In this document: positions 40,203 to 49,964 of the stretch, in pieces
Layout of the letters: every line of letters begins with the position of its first letter
Numbering within the stretch: the first letter of the stretch is position 1
Source of the DNA: an uncultured Flavobacteriales bacterium
Lineage (GTDB): Bacteria > Bacteroidota > Bacteroidia > CAIKAF01
Reading direction: 5' to 3'
NCBI GenBank assembly: GCA_903825395.1
Contig: CAIKAF010000005.1
Span: forward strand, 82,755 to 146,754
Length of the DNA stretch: 64,000 nucleotides
Notes under the pieces: model-generated
What the model was told of the DNA's origin: nothing
Databases searched by the model: none
Seen by the model: only the letters and a program-made list of their open reading frames with translations
Program-made: the position numbers and the translations under genes

Positions 40203-40946
40203 TTATGGATAATGTATCAAAACCGCCTTATGCCGCCCATAAAAAACAAAACAAGAAGAGGCCGCAAGGCCTGAAGCCGCCGCCAACGACTCGTCGGAAA
40301 AATCAAGCTTTCCCCGACATCCCCCGGCCAAAACCATAGGTAAATCCGTGGTGGAAGCCAGCAGGTCCAAGGCGCTCGAATCATAGCCGGTGTACAATCC
40401 ATCGCCCTCTATATGATGCACCACCAATTCTCCGGCCCCAAGTCCCCCGGCAAAAACGGCAGCTTCCGAAAGCTCCATACCCAAGGGAACCGTTCCACTG
40501 TGGGTAAAGCAAGTTCGTAACCCATTCGCATTCCGCCGGTAATCGAGCGAGACCACCACCGAACTGCTGCCCATCAAGGCGGCACTGCCCTCAATGAGCG
40601 CGGGCTGTATCCCCAGCGCTGTATTGAAAACAACTTTCTCAAATCCCGTATCCATTAGCCATTTAACCTCGTCCAAATGGGCAATGCCTCCTCCATACCC
40701 CAGGGGCATCTGAGCCTCCCCGGCCAAATTACTCAGCATTTGCCTGGGCAGCCCCCGGCCATGCAGGGTTTGGCGGAAGCCCATCAGCAGAATTTCATCG
40801 GCTTCTTTTTCATTAAATACCCGTAAGGCATTGATGGGGTCACCGACATAAATGGGCTCTTGGAAACCCCTTGTTTTCCAAAGTCCGCCTTCAAATATTC
40901 CCAAAACAGGAATACGGCGCAGCTTCTTTTTTAAGATTGCATCCAC
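40203..40946 (-). CDS. HisF-like cyclase homologue of glycan loci (WbuZ/AglZ/HisF2 type)
   Basis: YVGDPINALRVFNEKEADE, MPLGYGGGI and AVLIHYP; IPVLG stands in place of the HisF IPCLD catalytic motif. Confidence 0.88.
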   Translation of the reverse strand: MDAILKKKLRRIPVLGIFEGGLWKTRGFQEPIYVGDPINALRVFNEKEADEILLMGFRQTLHGRGLPRQMLSNLAGEAQMPLGYGGGIAHLDEVKWLMDTGFEKVVFNTALGIQPALIEGSAALMGSSSVVVSLDYRRNANGLRTCFTHSGTVPLGMELSEAAVFAGGLGAGELVVHHIEGDGLYTGYDSSALDLLASTTDLPMVLAGGCRGKLDFSDESLAAASGLAASSCFVFYGRHKAVLIHYP

Positions 40947-43900
40947 AAATCGACCAGGCGTTGATAGTTGGTTTCGGCTAAAAATCTTTTCTCATGCAGT
41001 TCTCGGGCATTTTCCCTTAGGGAAGCGTATTCTTCTTGCTTCAACTTTGCGAAGGCCTTCAGGGCCTCGGTCAAACTGTCTTTGTCTTCCGGTTCAACCA
41101 GATAGCCGCTGTGAGCGTTTTCCACCACATCGGGTATCCCGAATATTTTAGGCGCAATGCAGGGCAATCCCAAGGAAAGCCCTTCCATAAGAGAAACGGG
41201 TACGCCCTCATACCTACTGCTGTTCACCAATGCATGAACCTGCAGTTCTTTCAACCGGTCTAAAATCAACTCAGGGGCAACATAGCCATGAAACAGGATG
41301 CGCAGCCCATTCCTTTTGGCTTGAATTGCGTTGGCCCGATTCACAAATTGATGGGTGTAGGGGTTGTCCGGTTGCTTGCCGAAATGATGCCACTCCAGGG
41401 CCGGCCCATCCCATTCCTCCAGCACATCCAACAGCAAGTCCAGATTTTTTAAAGGGATGAGGGCCGCCAAGGAAGCCAAGCGAATGGGCAATCCCCAGGC
41501 TACCGAATGCCAGTCCGAAGGATTTACCCCCAAACGGGCCAGCCAAAATCGAGATTCCGACTCCGGATAGCGCCCCTTTAAGTAATTCAACCCATGTCGG
41601 GAATTCACGGCAATGGCCGTCAGTTGAGAAAAAATAAAGGCCCGGTGCGGCAAATAATGGAAGGGATGCCGTTCGGCATACATGTCGGAACCATGGGTTC
41701 GGCTGCCCGATACCGATATCCAAGATCGACGCATCCACAATGCCAACATATAGGCCGCATGATCGGTCCAATAGGCATACCAAACGCCGGAATCCACATC
41801 AAGGGCTTTTTCTTTCAGTGCGCGCCGTACATTCTGCTCCAGCGTGGCCGCCATGGCCTCGTAAGCCAAGGCCGTTTTAATTCCCAACAGATGCGGCCCG
41901 GGTAAATCGCGCAAAAATCGACCTAAACGGTGCGGCAAGCCCGATTTCAATACAGCCTTGAATTTATTCGGCAAGGTCATGCCCGCCGAAACATCCACCA
42001 CATCTACATTCGTAGGCATCGCAAATAAGGGCTGTTCCGACCGCGGTCCCGGATGGTAATTGAACACCACAATTCGCTGAAAGCGCTGGGCCAAGACCTG
42101 CAATTCCGCAGCAAAATAGGGCTCACAAACCCCAAACGGGAAATCCCTGGCCAATACAAACAGGGTGGTATCGCTCCTTTTATGCGCTACCGTTTTGCTG
42201 TGGAATGAACCAACATTGCGCTTCAGTTCAAACCCAGCCTCCTGCAGCCATTCACGCAGCAAATTCCGCCCCTGGGCATGGCTTTTTTCCGGATGAAATT
42301 GAAACCCCTGAATATGCCCGGCCTTTAATCCTACAGTTATTTTGCTCTGACCAAAGTCACATTCATGGCTAATGCTTCGGCTGTCTTCGGCTTGGCAGAC
42401 ATACCCATGGGTGAAATAAAACCGGCCCAGTGCCTCGCCCTCAGAGCTTGATACCCTATCCCAGCCTATGTGAGGCCAGGTTAACCCTTGTTCTGCCGCT
42501 GTAGTTTTCAGAGAAACCACCTTCCCGGGTATCCAGCCCAATCCGGGCTCCTGCCCCTCTTCGCTGCGCTCCATCAAGCACTGCATCCCCAAACAAACCC
42601 CTAAAATGGGCTTTTTTGATGCATGATGCCGGTTCAAGGCTGCCTTTAATTCGGGCTCGTTTAAGCGAGACATGGCGGCATCAAAATGCCCCACGCCCGG
42701 TAATACCAAGGCCCTGCAGCTTTCCACCTGCTCGGCCCGACTCATGGCTTTGGCACTAAGCCCCTCGTCTCGAAACAACTGCAACCAAACATCTATGTTC
42801 CCCGTCCCCACCGAAACAATTCCAATGTCTATTTGACCCGTTTCCCCTTGAACTTCTGTAGATATAGCCCCCCGTAACTGGGACGAAAGCTGCCGATAAT
42901 TGACTTGGTCATGAAACAACTTTTGTTGGATTGCCCTACTGCCCCGCCTCAATTCAATGTAATCCTCAGAGCTCAAACTCAACAATTCTTGTATGGCACT
43001 GCGTATGCTCTGCGGGTCTTCCGGCTGCAACAAAAATCCGGAAACGCCATCCACCACCAACTCGGGTACCCCACAAATTTGGGGACCCAATACCGGAATT
43101 CCCAGGGAAGCCACTTCCATCATAGACACCGGAATTCCTTCAAACAGACTGGTATTTATTAACGCCGTTGGGTTCAATTCCCTTATTCTTTGCATCATGT
43201 CTGCCGGCGGCACAAACCCATGAGCGACCACCCGCACCCGGGGATTCTGAACCGCCAAGGCTTCCATTTTGCGCAAAATCGCTGCTCCGTATTCCAATTT
43301 TGCGGCCTGCCCAAAATGATGCCATTCCAACTCCTCCCCATCCCAATGCCACAAGGCCTCGATTAAGCCCTCTATGTTTTTTACGGGCGAGATTTTCGAC
43401 AAGGAAAGCAGACGAGGTGTTCGCCTTTCGGGAGGCGCAAGTTCCGGCTGAACAGGTACCCCCAAGCGACTCAACAATATTCGGGATGAGGCGCGGGGCG
43501 TTTGATTCCACAGGTAGCGTTGAGCATGGGCCGAAATGGGCAACACCTGACTTAGGTTTTCATGAATAAACTTCCGAAAGGGCAAATAGGCATAGGGGTG
43601 CCGTTCCATGTACACATCGGTATTGTGTACCCGGCACAGGCTGCGCCCTATTTCCCCTTTCTTTTGCCAGCGGGCCAACATGTAAGCCGCATCATCGCAC
43701 CAGTAGCTGTACCAGATCCAACTGGCCCTGTTCCCCTCCCAAACGGAACGCAATTCCTTCTCCATGCGTTCGGAAGCTTCAATGTAAGCCAAGGCCACCT
43801 TAAAGGTGTAGGCATTAAAGGGCACTCCAGTCCGCCGGATGTCCCTCCAGATGGAAATCCAGCGCCCCCCCAAAAAAACCTTGAAGGCCGTTCTAAGTTT

Positions 43901-44122
43901 TGTTCCAAAACTGGCTTTCCCCTTCAGTTCGAACAAGCGCACCCCGGCGGGCAATGCAAAGTCCGGGGGATTTTTCTTTCGCGTCGCTGCATGCTTGCAG
44001 ACGATGGCAATTTCATCAAATTCCTGAACCAGTTTCTTCAGTTCTGCATGGAAGAAGGGCTCGCCCGTAGAATAGGGGTAGTCTTCTACTACAACCGCCA
44101 GTTTGCGTTGGCCCTGGTTCAT
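40931..44122 (-). CDS. Triple fusion: GT4 - HisH-type class I glutaminase - GT4
   Basis: Two GT-B halves (EGIPVSMME and EGVPVSLME) flank a domain with LVLPGVGHF, PILGVCLGMQ, PHIGW, FYFTHGY and FQFHPEKS; one uninterrupted ORF. Confidence 0.9.
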   Translation of the reverse strand: MNQGQRKLAVVVEDYPYSTGEPFFHAELKKLVQEFDEIAIVCKHAATRKKNPPDFALPAGVRLFELKGKASFGTKLRTAFKVFLGGRWISIWRDIRRTGVPFNAYTFKVALAYIEASERMEKELRSVWEGNRASWIWYSYWCDDAAYMLARWQKKGEIGRSLCRVHNTDVYMERHPYAYLPFRKFIHENLSQVLPISAHAQRYLWNQTPRASSRILLSRLGVPVQPELAPPERRTPRLLSLSKISPVKNIEGLIEALWHWDGEELEWHHFGQAAKLEYGAAILRKMEALAVQNPRVRVVAHGFVPPADMMQRIRELNPTALINTSLFEGIPVSMMEVASLGIPVLGPQICGVPELVVDGVSGFLLQPEDPQSIRSAIQELLSLSSEDYIELRRGSRAIQQKLFHDQVNYRQLSSQLRGAISTEVQGETGQIDIGIVSVGTGNIDVWLQLFRDEGLSAKAMSRAEQVESCRALVLPGVGHFDAAMSRLNEPELKAALNRHHASKKPILGVCLGMQCLMERSEEGQEPGLGWIPGKVVSLKTTAAEQGLTWPHIGWDRVSSSEGEALGRFYFTHGYVCQAEDSRSISHECDFGQSKITVGLKAGHIQGFQFHPEKSHAQGRNLLREWLQEAGFELKRNVGSFHSKTVAHKRSDTTLFVLARDFPFGVCEPYFAAELQVLAQRFQRIVVFNYHPGPRSEQPLFAMPTNVDVVDVSAGMTLPNKFKAVLKSGLPHRLGRFLRDLPGPHLLGIKTALAYEAMAATLEQNVRRALKEKALDVDSGVWYAYWTDHAAYMLALWMRRSWISVSGSRTHGSDMYAERHPFHYLPHRAFIFSQLTAIAVNSRHGLNYLKGRYPESESRFWLARLGVNPSDWHSVAWGLPIRLASLAALIPLKNLDLLLDVLEEWDGPALEWHHFGKQPDNPYTHQFVNRANAIQAKRNGLRILFHGYVAPELILDRLKELQVHALVNSSRYEGVPVSLMEGLSLGLPCIAPKIFGIPDVVENAHSGYLVEPEDKDSLTEALKAFAKLKQEEYASLRENARELHEKRFLAETNYQRLVDLWMQS

Positions 44123-45048
44123 GGCTTTAGTGTATTCCAAATCGACGAAAACCCGGGAATACAGCTGGCTAGATTAAACATGCGAGCGGGAGTATGTTTA
44201 TTGAAGGGTTGTTGCCTCAACGACAACAGCAAGTACCGGAGGGTGGATGGAGTATTGCCTTGTTGCCGTTCCCAATCGGCCATTTTGAACAGCACATCGG
44301 CCAGCAAAAAGCGCTTAACTTTGGTGGAAATCAAGCCCGATTCCGGCGTTTTAAAGAAAGCCAGCAGACCTTGGTGGCGCTTAAATATGGCACGGCTGGA
44401 ACTGTGCACGGAATTACCCTCATGTACCCGATACTTCATTAGGGGCTGGGGAAGGTACCCCAACCGGAAACGGTTAAGCAGTTGCACCCACAACACCGTA
44501 TCTTCCACAATCACGATGTCTTCCCTGAAACAAAATTCAAAAAAGGCCGAGGCATCTACGCACACTCGAGATGGCGTTGCCGGATATTGGCAGAGCCAAT
44601 CTGCCAGGGGTTCTTTCGGAATCGGCATCTCGGCCTGCTGGCAATGCTGCCCGTCCCAGATATAAAATCCGGTAAGCCAAAGCGAGGGAGGTGTGGGCTG
44701 GGTATGAATCTGTTCGGCCAAAACCGCCAGAAAATCTGGCAAGTAGCAATCGTCGCTGTCCAAAAAGCAGAGCCAGTTTCCCTTGGCTTGCCGTGCTCCG
44801 TGGTTGCGGGCGGCCGACCTCTCCTTATTTTCTTGTTGAACACCCCGTATTCGGGCATCGCGTTTAACCCATTCCTGAATGACGCCCCAACTGCCGTCCT
44901 GCGAACCATCGTCCACCAATATGCATTCCCAATGTGGATACGATTGGTCTAAGACCGACTGAACCGTCTCGTCCATCAAATGCTCTCGGTTGTAAATCGG
45001 GATTACAATAGAGAAAAACGGGCGATTCCTTTCCAAATTGGGGTTCAA
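44119..45048 (-). CDS. GT2 glycosyltransferase
   Basis: SIVIPIYNR, VDDGSQD, ARNHG, FLDSDD and ED motifs. Confidence 0.92.
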   Translation of the reverse strand: MNPNLERNRPFFSIVIPIYNREHLMDETVQSVLDQSYPHWECILVDDGSQDGSWGVIQEWVKRDARIRGVQQENKERSAARNHGARQAKGNWLCFLDSDDCYLPDFLAVLAEQIHTQPTPPSLWLTGFYIWDGQHCQQAEMPIPKEPLADWLCQYPATPSRVCVDASAFFEFCFREDIVIVEDTVLWVQLLNRFRLGYLPQPLMKYRVHEGNSVHSSSRAIFKRHQGLLAFFKTPESGLISTKVKRFLLADVLFKMADWERQQGNTPSTLRYLLLSLRQQPFNKHTPARMFNLASCIPGFSSIWNTLKP

Positions 45049-45083
45049 CGAGAAATTAAGAAAAATGGGGGTGTACTGCCTCC

Positions 45084-45722
45084 TTAAACAATCCAGCGGA
45101 TGACCTCAAACGCTTCTGCGTATTCGGACTCAAACTGAGTACCACGGGTTTTCGCCAGGCCTCGAATAAAATCGGCGCTTAAGTAGGATCGGTGTTGTTG
45201 AGAGGCATATTGCTGCAAGGCTAGTATTTTTTTCTCCACATGCCTTTCCTGCAATTGAACGAAGCATCGCGTTTCAAAAACAATGTTGTTCCATGGCATC
45301 TCATACCCTAAAATAGAAGATTTTTTAAAGGCCCTTAGTCCTTCATTCGCTATCACCTGATGGTCTTGATGAATATCATTTAAACTGGGTAAAAAAATAA
45401 CCTCCGGGCGAAATTGATTCCGCATATCAATCAAGGTTTGAAGAATTTGCTGTCGGAACTCCGGAAAATGACGCACCTTAAACCGATGGAAATGAATATT
45501 GTCGGGGGTCAGCCCCAATGCCAGCATGGCTTTTTGAAATTCAAAGGCCAAGGCGTCCTTTTCAAATCCGGCAGGGAGGGAATCTTCCGCAATGGAAAAA
45601 GCAACGCACTTTACCTCATGCCCCTCTTCAACCAAACGGGCAATACTTCCACCACAACCCAACTCCCCGTCGTCGGTGTGAGGAGCCAGAACCAAAATTC
45701 GAGTAGGAGATAAGGATATCAT
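45084..45722 (-). CDS. PIG-L family deacetylase
   Basis: APHTDDGELGCGG, DIHQDH and YAEAF motifs. Confidence 0.92.
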   Translation of the reverse strand: MISLSPTRILVLAPHTDDGELGCGGSIARLVEEGHEVKCVAFSIAEDSLPAGFEKDALAFEFQKAMLALGLTPDNIHFHRFKVRHFPEFRQQILQTLIDMRNQFRPEVIFLPSLNDIHQDHQVIANEGLRAFKKSSILGYEMPWNNIVFETRCFVQLQERHVEKKILALQQYASQQHRSYLSADFIRGLAKTRGTQFESEYAEAFEVIRWIV

Positions 45723-46792
45723 AATTGACTCACCTGTTTATACATGGTAGAAAAAGCTTCTGGGTCAAAGATAAGATTCTGCTTACTGTAGTGGTCAACC
45801 AACGGGTCTCTTTCCGGTTGGGCAAACAAAACCGCATACCGTATGTTCAACATATTGCACATTTTAAAAAAGTGAAACTTATATTGTTTTCGATGCAGAT
45901 AATCTTGATTGGTAATGTCATACAGGGTTGCTTCTTGGGGCATAAACATAGCATTAATGGTTCCTGCTCCGGTAATTCCAACCAATTCGCGGGCATCTCT
46001 TAGGGTTGCAATTTGAGACTTAAAGGGCAATTCTTCCAGAAAGACTGTATCAAAGCCCAACTCGGAAAGGGTTTTTTCGGCCTGGGCCTCGTTGCTAAAC
46101 CTTTTCCGCGCTGCCCGCTCTCTAGACAAGTAAATTTTAGTCCCAAATTGAGAGGGGGTATCTTCCGCCCATTTTAGCAGCAAGGCTCTAACCGCCTGGG
46201 TCTGTTCGGGAATAAACATGGGTGTCCAGGGTTTCACTTCGGGCATCACCAAGTGAGGAACTTCAATGTGGTAGTGGTTGGGAATGACCTCCCTACGCAA
46301 ATCAGGAAAGAGTTCCAGCGACTCTCTAACATAAGGAATGGTATGCCATACTTCGGGATAAATAAGATGAAGGTCTGAATGCTGGGCTTTCACCGCCAAA
46401 ATTCGGGGCAAGCATTCTGTTATCCAAAAATAGTAGCTGAACCATGGCGAATGAACCAGCAAATATTGTTTGTTGGCGTCCAGCTTTAGCCGTTTTAAGC
46501 TTCGGCCCAACTTACTCACCAAGGCTTGTTCCAAACCGGTGCGCCAATGGGAGAAATAATGGCAGGAGTCATAGCTTGAAAACCCCAAGTTGGGAGCAGA
46601 GCCCTTGGCCAACAGGCCGTTTTTAATCACCAGGCCATCTTCGGACACAAAGGTGTTTTTTAAATGGCGCACCTTCAGTTTTACCCGCAAATACCGGTCA
46701 TCTATTTTAAAAAGGTGATTCCAGGCTGGAATATGGTTAACCGGCAAGCGAAAATTAAGAACCGCTTGTGGTGTTTCCTTAATTAATGACAT
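45719..46792 (-). CDS. GT61 (DUF563)-like protein
   Basis: YYFWITECLPR, IYLSR...RKRFSNE and GITGAGTINAMFM (the usual HGAG His is replaced by Thr). Confidence 0.8.
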   Translation of the reverse strand: MSLIKETPQAVLNFRLPVNHIPAWNHLFKIDDRYLRVKLKVRHLKNTFVSEDGLVIKNGLLAKGSAPNLGFSSYDSCHYFSHWRTGLEQALVSKLGRSLKRLKLDANKQYLLVHSPWFSYYFWITECLPRILAVKAQHSDLHLIYPEVWHTIPYVRESLELFPDLRREVIPNHYHIEVPHLVMPEVKPWTPMFIPEQTQAVRALLLKWAEDTPSQFGTKIYLSRERAARKRFSNEAQAEKTLSELGFDTVFLEELPFKSQIATLRDARELVGITGAGTINAMFMPQEATLYDITNQDYLHRKQYKFHFFKMCNMLNIRYAVLFAQPERDPLVDHYSKQNLIFDPEAFSTMYKQVSQL

Positions 46793-46816
46793 GCTGACGG
46801 TGTTCGGCCGAAATCT

Positions 46817-47932
46817 TCATTTCAGGCATTTTTTAATCGCTTGAATCCATTTTTCTTCTGCGGCAATCGAATGCCGGCTTAAAATTTCTTCCCGGTTGGC
46901 TTTCCCCATGTCATCCCAATTTTGCCTTTTATCCAATAAGTTTTGAAGGGCCTGTGCGAACTCGGCGGCGGTTGGTCCAAACAGCTGATGTTCCGTTTGT
47001 TCTCCAAGCACCTCTCTGTTGGCCGGAATATCTGATACTAAAACAGGCAAGCCGGCAAGCATATACTCCATAATGCTGTTGGAATAGCCCTCAGAATCGG
47101 TGGCCAAAATCCCCACATCTACCCCCTCGAGCATTGCTTCGGTTAAGGAACTATAATGACAAAATTTCACCTTAGATTTTAGATTTAAATCAAAGGCTTG
47201 GGCCTTGATAATTTCCAAAAAGTAGCCTCCGGGCGCCTTCCCTGAAAACACAAGTTCAATCGCCGATTCGGGCTGTGTTTCCTCCCAGCATTTTAAGCCC
47301 TGAAGTACTACGTCTTGGCGTTTACCCGGGAAAAAATTGGCCATCATCAGCACGCGGACTGTGTCTTCATGGTCTTTTTCGCGTTTATTCACGCCTTTAA
47401 AATTTTCGGCAATTAGATTGGGAATAATATTGACCATATCCTTTGAAATCAAGTTATGCCTTTCGGAAATACCATTGGCGGCTGCTTGGCTGTTGGCAGC
47501 ATAGTTTCGTGCACCCCACCTAGAAACTCGCTCTAAGGTGCTGTAGGGTAAGCCTAGGTCAACTGAACGTTGGTTCCACAGGCATGGAATGCGCCAAAGG
47601 CCTATGCTAGAAAAAGAAGAAAGTACATTTGGCCAGTACGTAAAAGGCAAAAGAAGGCTGGGCTTTAATGCACGCAATTCAGCTCTACCGGTAAAGGCTC
47701 TTTTCCAAAGCGTTGTCCGGTTTTGATGATAGCCGATAGAAAGTTGAAGAGAGTGGTGTTCAATATTTTCTTTTTCAAGTTCCGTTTGCAATTCCCCGGG
47801 GCGCCCTATTCCTACCACAACAGGAATTCCAATATTGGCATCACGTATTAATCGAGCCAGTTGCATAGCCTGCCTTTCTGCACCGCCAAGGGTCAAGGAT
47901 GGAATAACGAGTATGATTCGGGGGAGGTCCAT
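46817..47932 (-). CDS. GT4 glycosyltransferase
   Basis: GGAERQ and EGYSNSIMEYMLAGLPV motifs. Confidence 0.92.
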   Translation of the reverse strand: MDLPRIILVIPSLTLGGAERQAMQLARLIRDANIGIPVVVGIGRPGELQTELEKENIEHHSLQLSIGYHQNRTTLWKRAFTGRAELRALKPSLLLPFTYWPNVLSSFSSIGLWRIPCLWNQRSVDLGLPYSTLERVSRWGARNYAANSQAAANGISERHNLISKDMVNIIPNLIAENFKGVNKREKDHEDTVRVLMMANFFPGKRQDVVLQGLKCWEETQPESAIELVFSGKAPGGYFLEIIKAQAFDLNLKSKVKFCHYSSLTEAMLEGVDVGILATDSEGYSNSIMEYMLAGLPVLVSDIPANREVLGEQTEHQLFGPTAAEFAQALQNLLDKRQNWDDMGKANREEILSRHSIAAEEKWIQAIKKCLK

Positions 47933-47933
47933 T

Positions 47934-48905
47934 CTATGTTATTTTAGGTAATAATGTCCTACCCCGAACTCCCCACCAAGCATGCCACATCGCTAAATTT
48001 TGATAGTACAACATTTTGCCCTGCGGTGTTTTTGGGATATTTAAATGAGCTAAAAAATACCAAGCCAAAGCCAAAATTCCACCGGCCTTTATAACCATTT
48101 CACGCCGACTCACTCTTCCCTGAAGCCTTAAAAAAAACCAGCGATTGCGTTCGTAGTAATAGGCCAAAACCCGTGCAATTTCCTCATTGGTGTTGCCCGC
48201 TTCGTCCTTTTTCGATGCCGTACTTTCATGCACACAAATAGGCGCCGCCAAATACACCGTTTCTACTCCCTGCTTTCGCAGCCGCCAAAGGTACTCTGTC
48301 TCTTCAAAATACAAGAAAAACCGGGTATCCATAAATCCGTACTTCCGCAGTATAGAAGCAGGAATAAATAAGGAATGCCCAAAAATGGTGGCGGCTTTAT
48401 CCTGCAGTTCATGCTGGCATTCTTCAAGAAGCAGGCCCTTGCGCCGATCATAGGGAAAGGCTGGGTCTGCCACTTCTTCCGGACCATAACTGCCGGAATA
48501 ATGAATTCGGTCGGGATTTTCAGCCATCAATGTGGTATGCGAAAACACCGCCTCCCCTGGCCATCGTTCGGCACCTTGAATGAGCAATTCCAAGGTATCT
48601 GGTCGAACATAGGCGTCGTTGTTCAATATCCAAACCCAATCGGCGTTCTGTTTCATAGCCCATTCAACCCCAAGTTGATTGCCGGCAGCATATCCCAGGT
48701 TTTCCGGCGAGGCGAAATAAACAACCTCCCGGCCCAATCCTTGTTCCAATCTACGGCGATCTTCCGCGCTGCTGCAGTTGTCAATCACCACCACCGATAT
48801 TTCGGCGGTTGATACTGAAGCCTGCACCGATTGAACGGCCCTGAGTGTTAGTCTTGATTTATTCCAGTTTAATATGACGGCAGCTACCTTCGATTTCTTT
48901 TTCAC
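47934..48905 (-). CDS. GT2 glycosyltransferase (rhamnosyltransferase-like)
   Basis: ILNWN, IDNCS, NLGYAAGN, LNND and FFLYFEE motifs. Confidence 0.9.
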   Translation of the reverse strand: MKKKSKVAAVILNWNKSRLTLRAVQSVQASVSTAEISVVVIDNCSSAEDRRRLEQGLGREVVYFASPENLGYAAGNQLGVEWAMKQNADWVWILNNDAYVRPDTLELLIQGAERWPGEAVFSHTTLMAENPDRIHYSGSYGPEEVADPAFPYDRRKGLLLEECQHELQDKAATIFGHSLFIPASILRKYGFMDTRFFLYFEETEYLWRLRKQGVETVYLAAPICVHESTASKKDEAGNTNEEIARVLAYYYERNRWFFLRLQGRVSRREMVIKAGGILALAWYFLAHLNIPKTPQGKMLYYQNLAMWHAWWGVRGRTLLPKIT

Positions 48906-49014
48906 TATTCACTCTTTAGGTTCAATTCTGGGATTATCACTGTTTCATTATCCGATTTTTTATTGGTTGGCAGTCATAAAACCAGTTGCAGGCCCCCCTT
49001 GGCTTCTATTCGGT

Positions 49015-49797
49015 TTATTTTATGTACACTTTTCGCAAAATGAGTTTAATCAGAGCTTTCAACAACAACCTATAGTTGCTACGAAGCTCATGCAGCTGGT
49101 TTACCTGGCTGATGTATTGTTGCAGAAAAAACCCATGGTGTTTTGCATGCATATAGGCTAGTAATTTTTGGTGGTGGTGAACAGAAATGGTTCTTACCAT
49201 ACTTTGGCTTCGAACCCGATACCAATACGCCGGGTTCTTTGCCTTAAAAAACTTTGCACCTACCACCAAAGCATGTAGCCAAAATTCCCAGTCTTCATAA
49301 CCTTTAACCATTGATTCATCATAGCCGCCGACTCGCTCCCATAGCTCTTTACGGTATAAAGCGGTAGCTGGAATCCGATTTACATACCATTGCCTGGTTT
49401 GGTCTAATTTGGCTTCCCAAAGCAAGGATTCTTCTCCGAAGTGGATGCGATTGGCAAACACAATGTCACAGGCATCGTTTTTTTGCAAAAGTTCACAGGC
49501 TTCATTGATGAACGCTAAATTGGCTCGATCGTCTGCATCAAGTGGATAAATATACTTGCCTTTGGCCTGACGTATGCCTGCATTGCGGGCCGCCGACAAG
49601 CCCTTGTTTTCCGTGTTCAGCACACAAAAGCTATTGGCATGGCGCTGCAGAATTTCCAAGGTAATGGGGTCGGTAGATCCGTCGTTTACTACCACAACTT
49701 CTACCTCCTTTCCCAACAATGGCACAACACTATCCAAGGTCTCCTGAAGCAGTTTGCCGGCATTAAAACAGGGGATAACTATAGAAACAAGAAGCAT
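49015..49797 (-). CDS. GT2 glycosyltransferase
   Basis: SIVIPCFN, NDGSTD, GLSAARN, LDADD and GYEDWEFW motifs. Confidence 0.92.
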   Translation of the reverse strand: MLLVSIVIPCFNAGKLLQETLDSVVPLLGKEVEVVVVNDGSTDPITLEILQRHANSFCVLNTENKGLSAARNAGIRQAKGKYIYPLDADDRANLAFINEACELLQKNDACDIVFANRIHFGEESLLWEAKLDQTRQWYVNRIPATALYRKELWERVGGYDESMVKGYEDWEFWLHALVVGAKFFKAKNPAYWYRVRSQSMVRTISVHHHQKLLAYMHAKHHGFFLQQYISQVNQLHELRSNYRLLLKALIKLILRKVYIK

Positions 49798-49820
49798 TAT
49801 GGTTTAATCTTCGTACATGT

Positions 49821-49964
49821 GGGCGCCTGTCCCGCTTTCCGTTGCAAGTCCTCGGTGTTGGCGGGGAGCCGAAGGGACGCTGCGGGGGCTCCTAACGTCG
49901 CCTCCGCCCGCCACCCGGCTCTGCCCGCCAACCCCTGCGGGCTTTCCACTGCAATCGGGGGCGC
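49821..49964 (+). repeat. Family B hairpin repeat, copy 6 (diverged)
   Basis: GCGCC...GGCGC ends; CTTTCCG, AGTCCTCGG, GCTCCTAACGTCGCCTCCGC and CTGCGGGC motifs. Confidence 0.8.

Noticed and set aside
40203..42832. Histidine biosynthesis hisF/hisH
   Set aside because: Glycan-locus context, missing HisF catalytic Asp motif, adjacent WbuX-like gene and no other his genes
43562..44665. Long plus-strand 367-aa ORF, and similar shadows at 21143-21931, 23354-24055 and 23382-24050
   Set aside because: Antisense or alternate-frame shadows of well-supported genes, with no recognisable motifs
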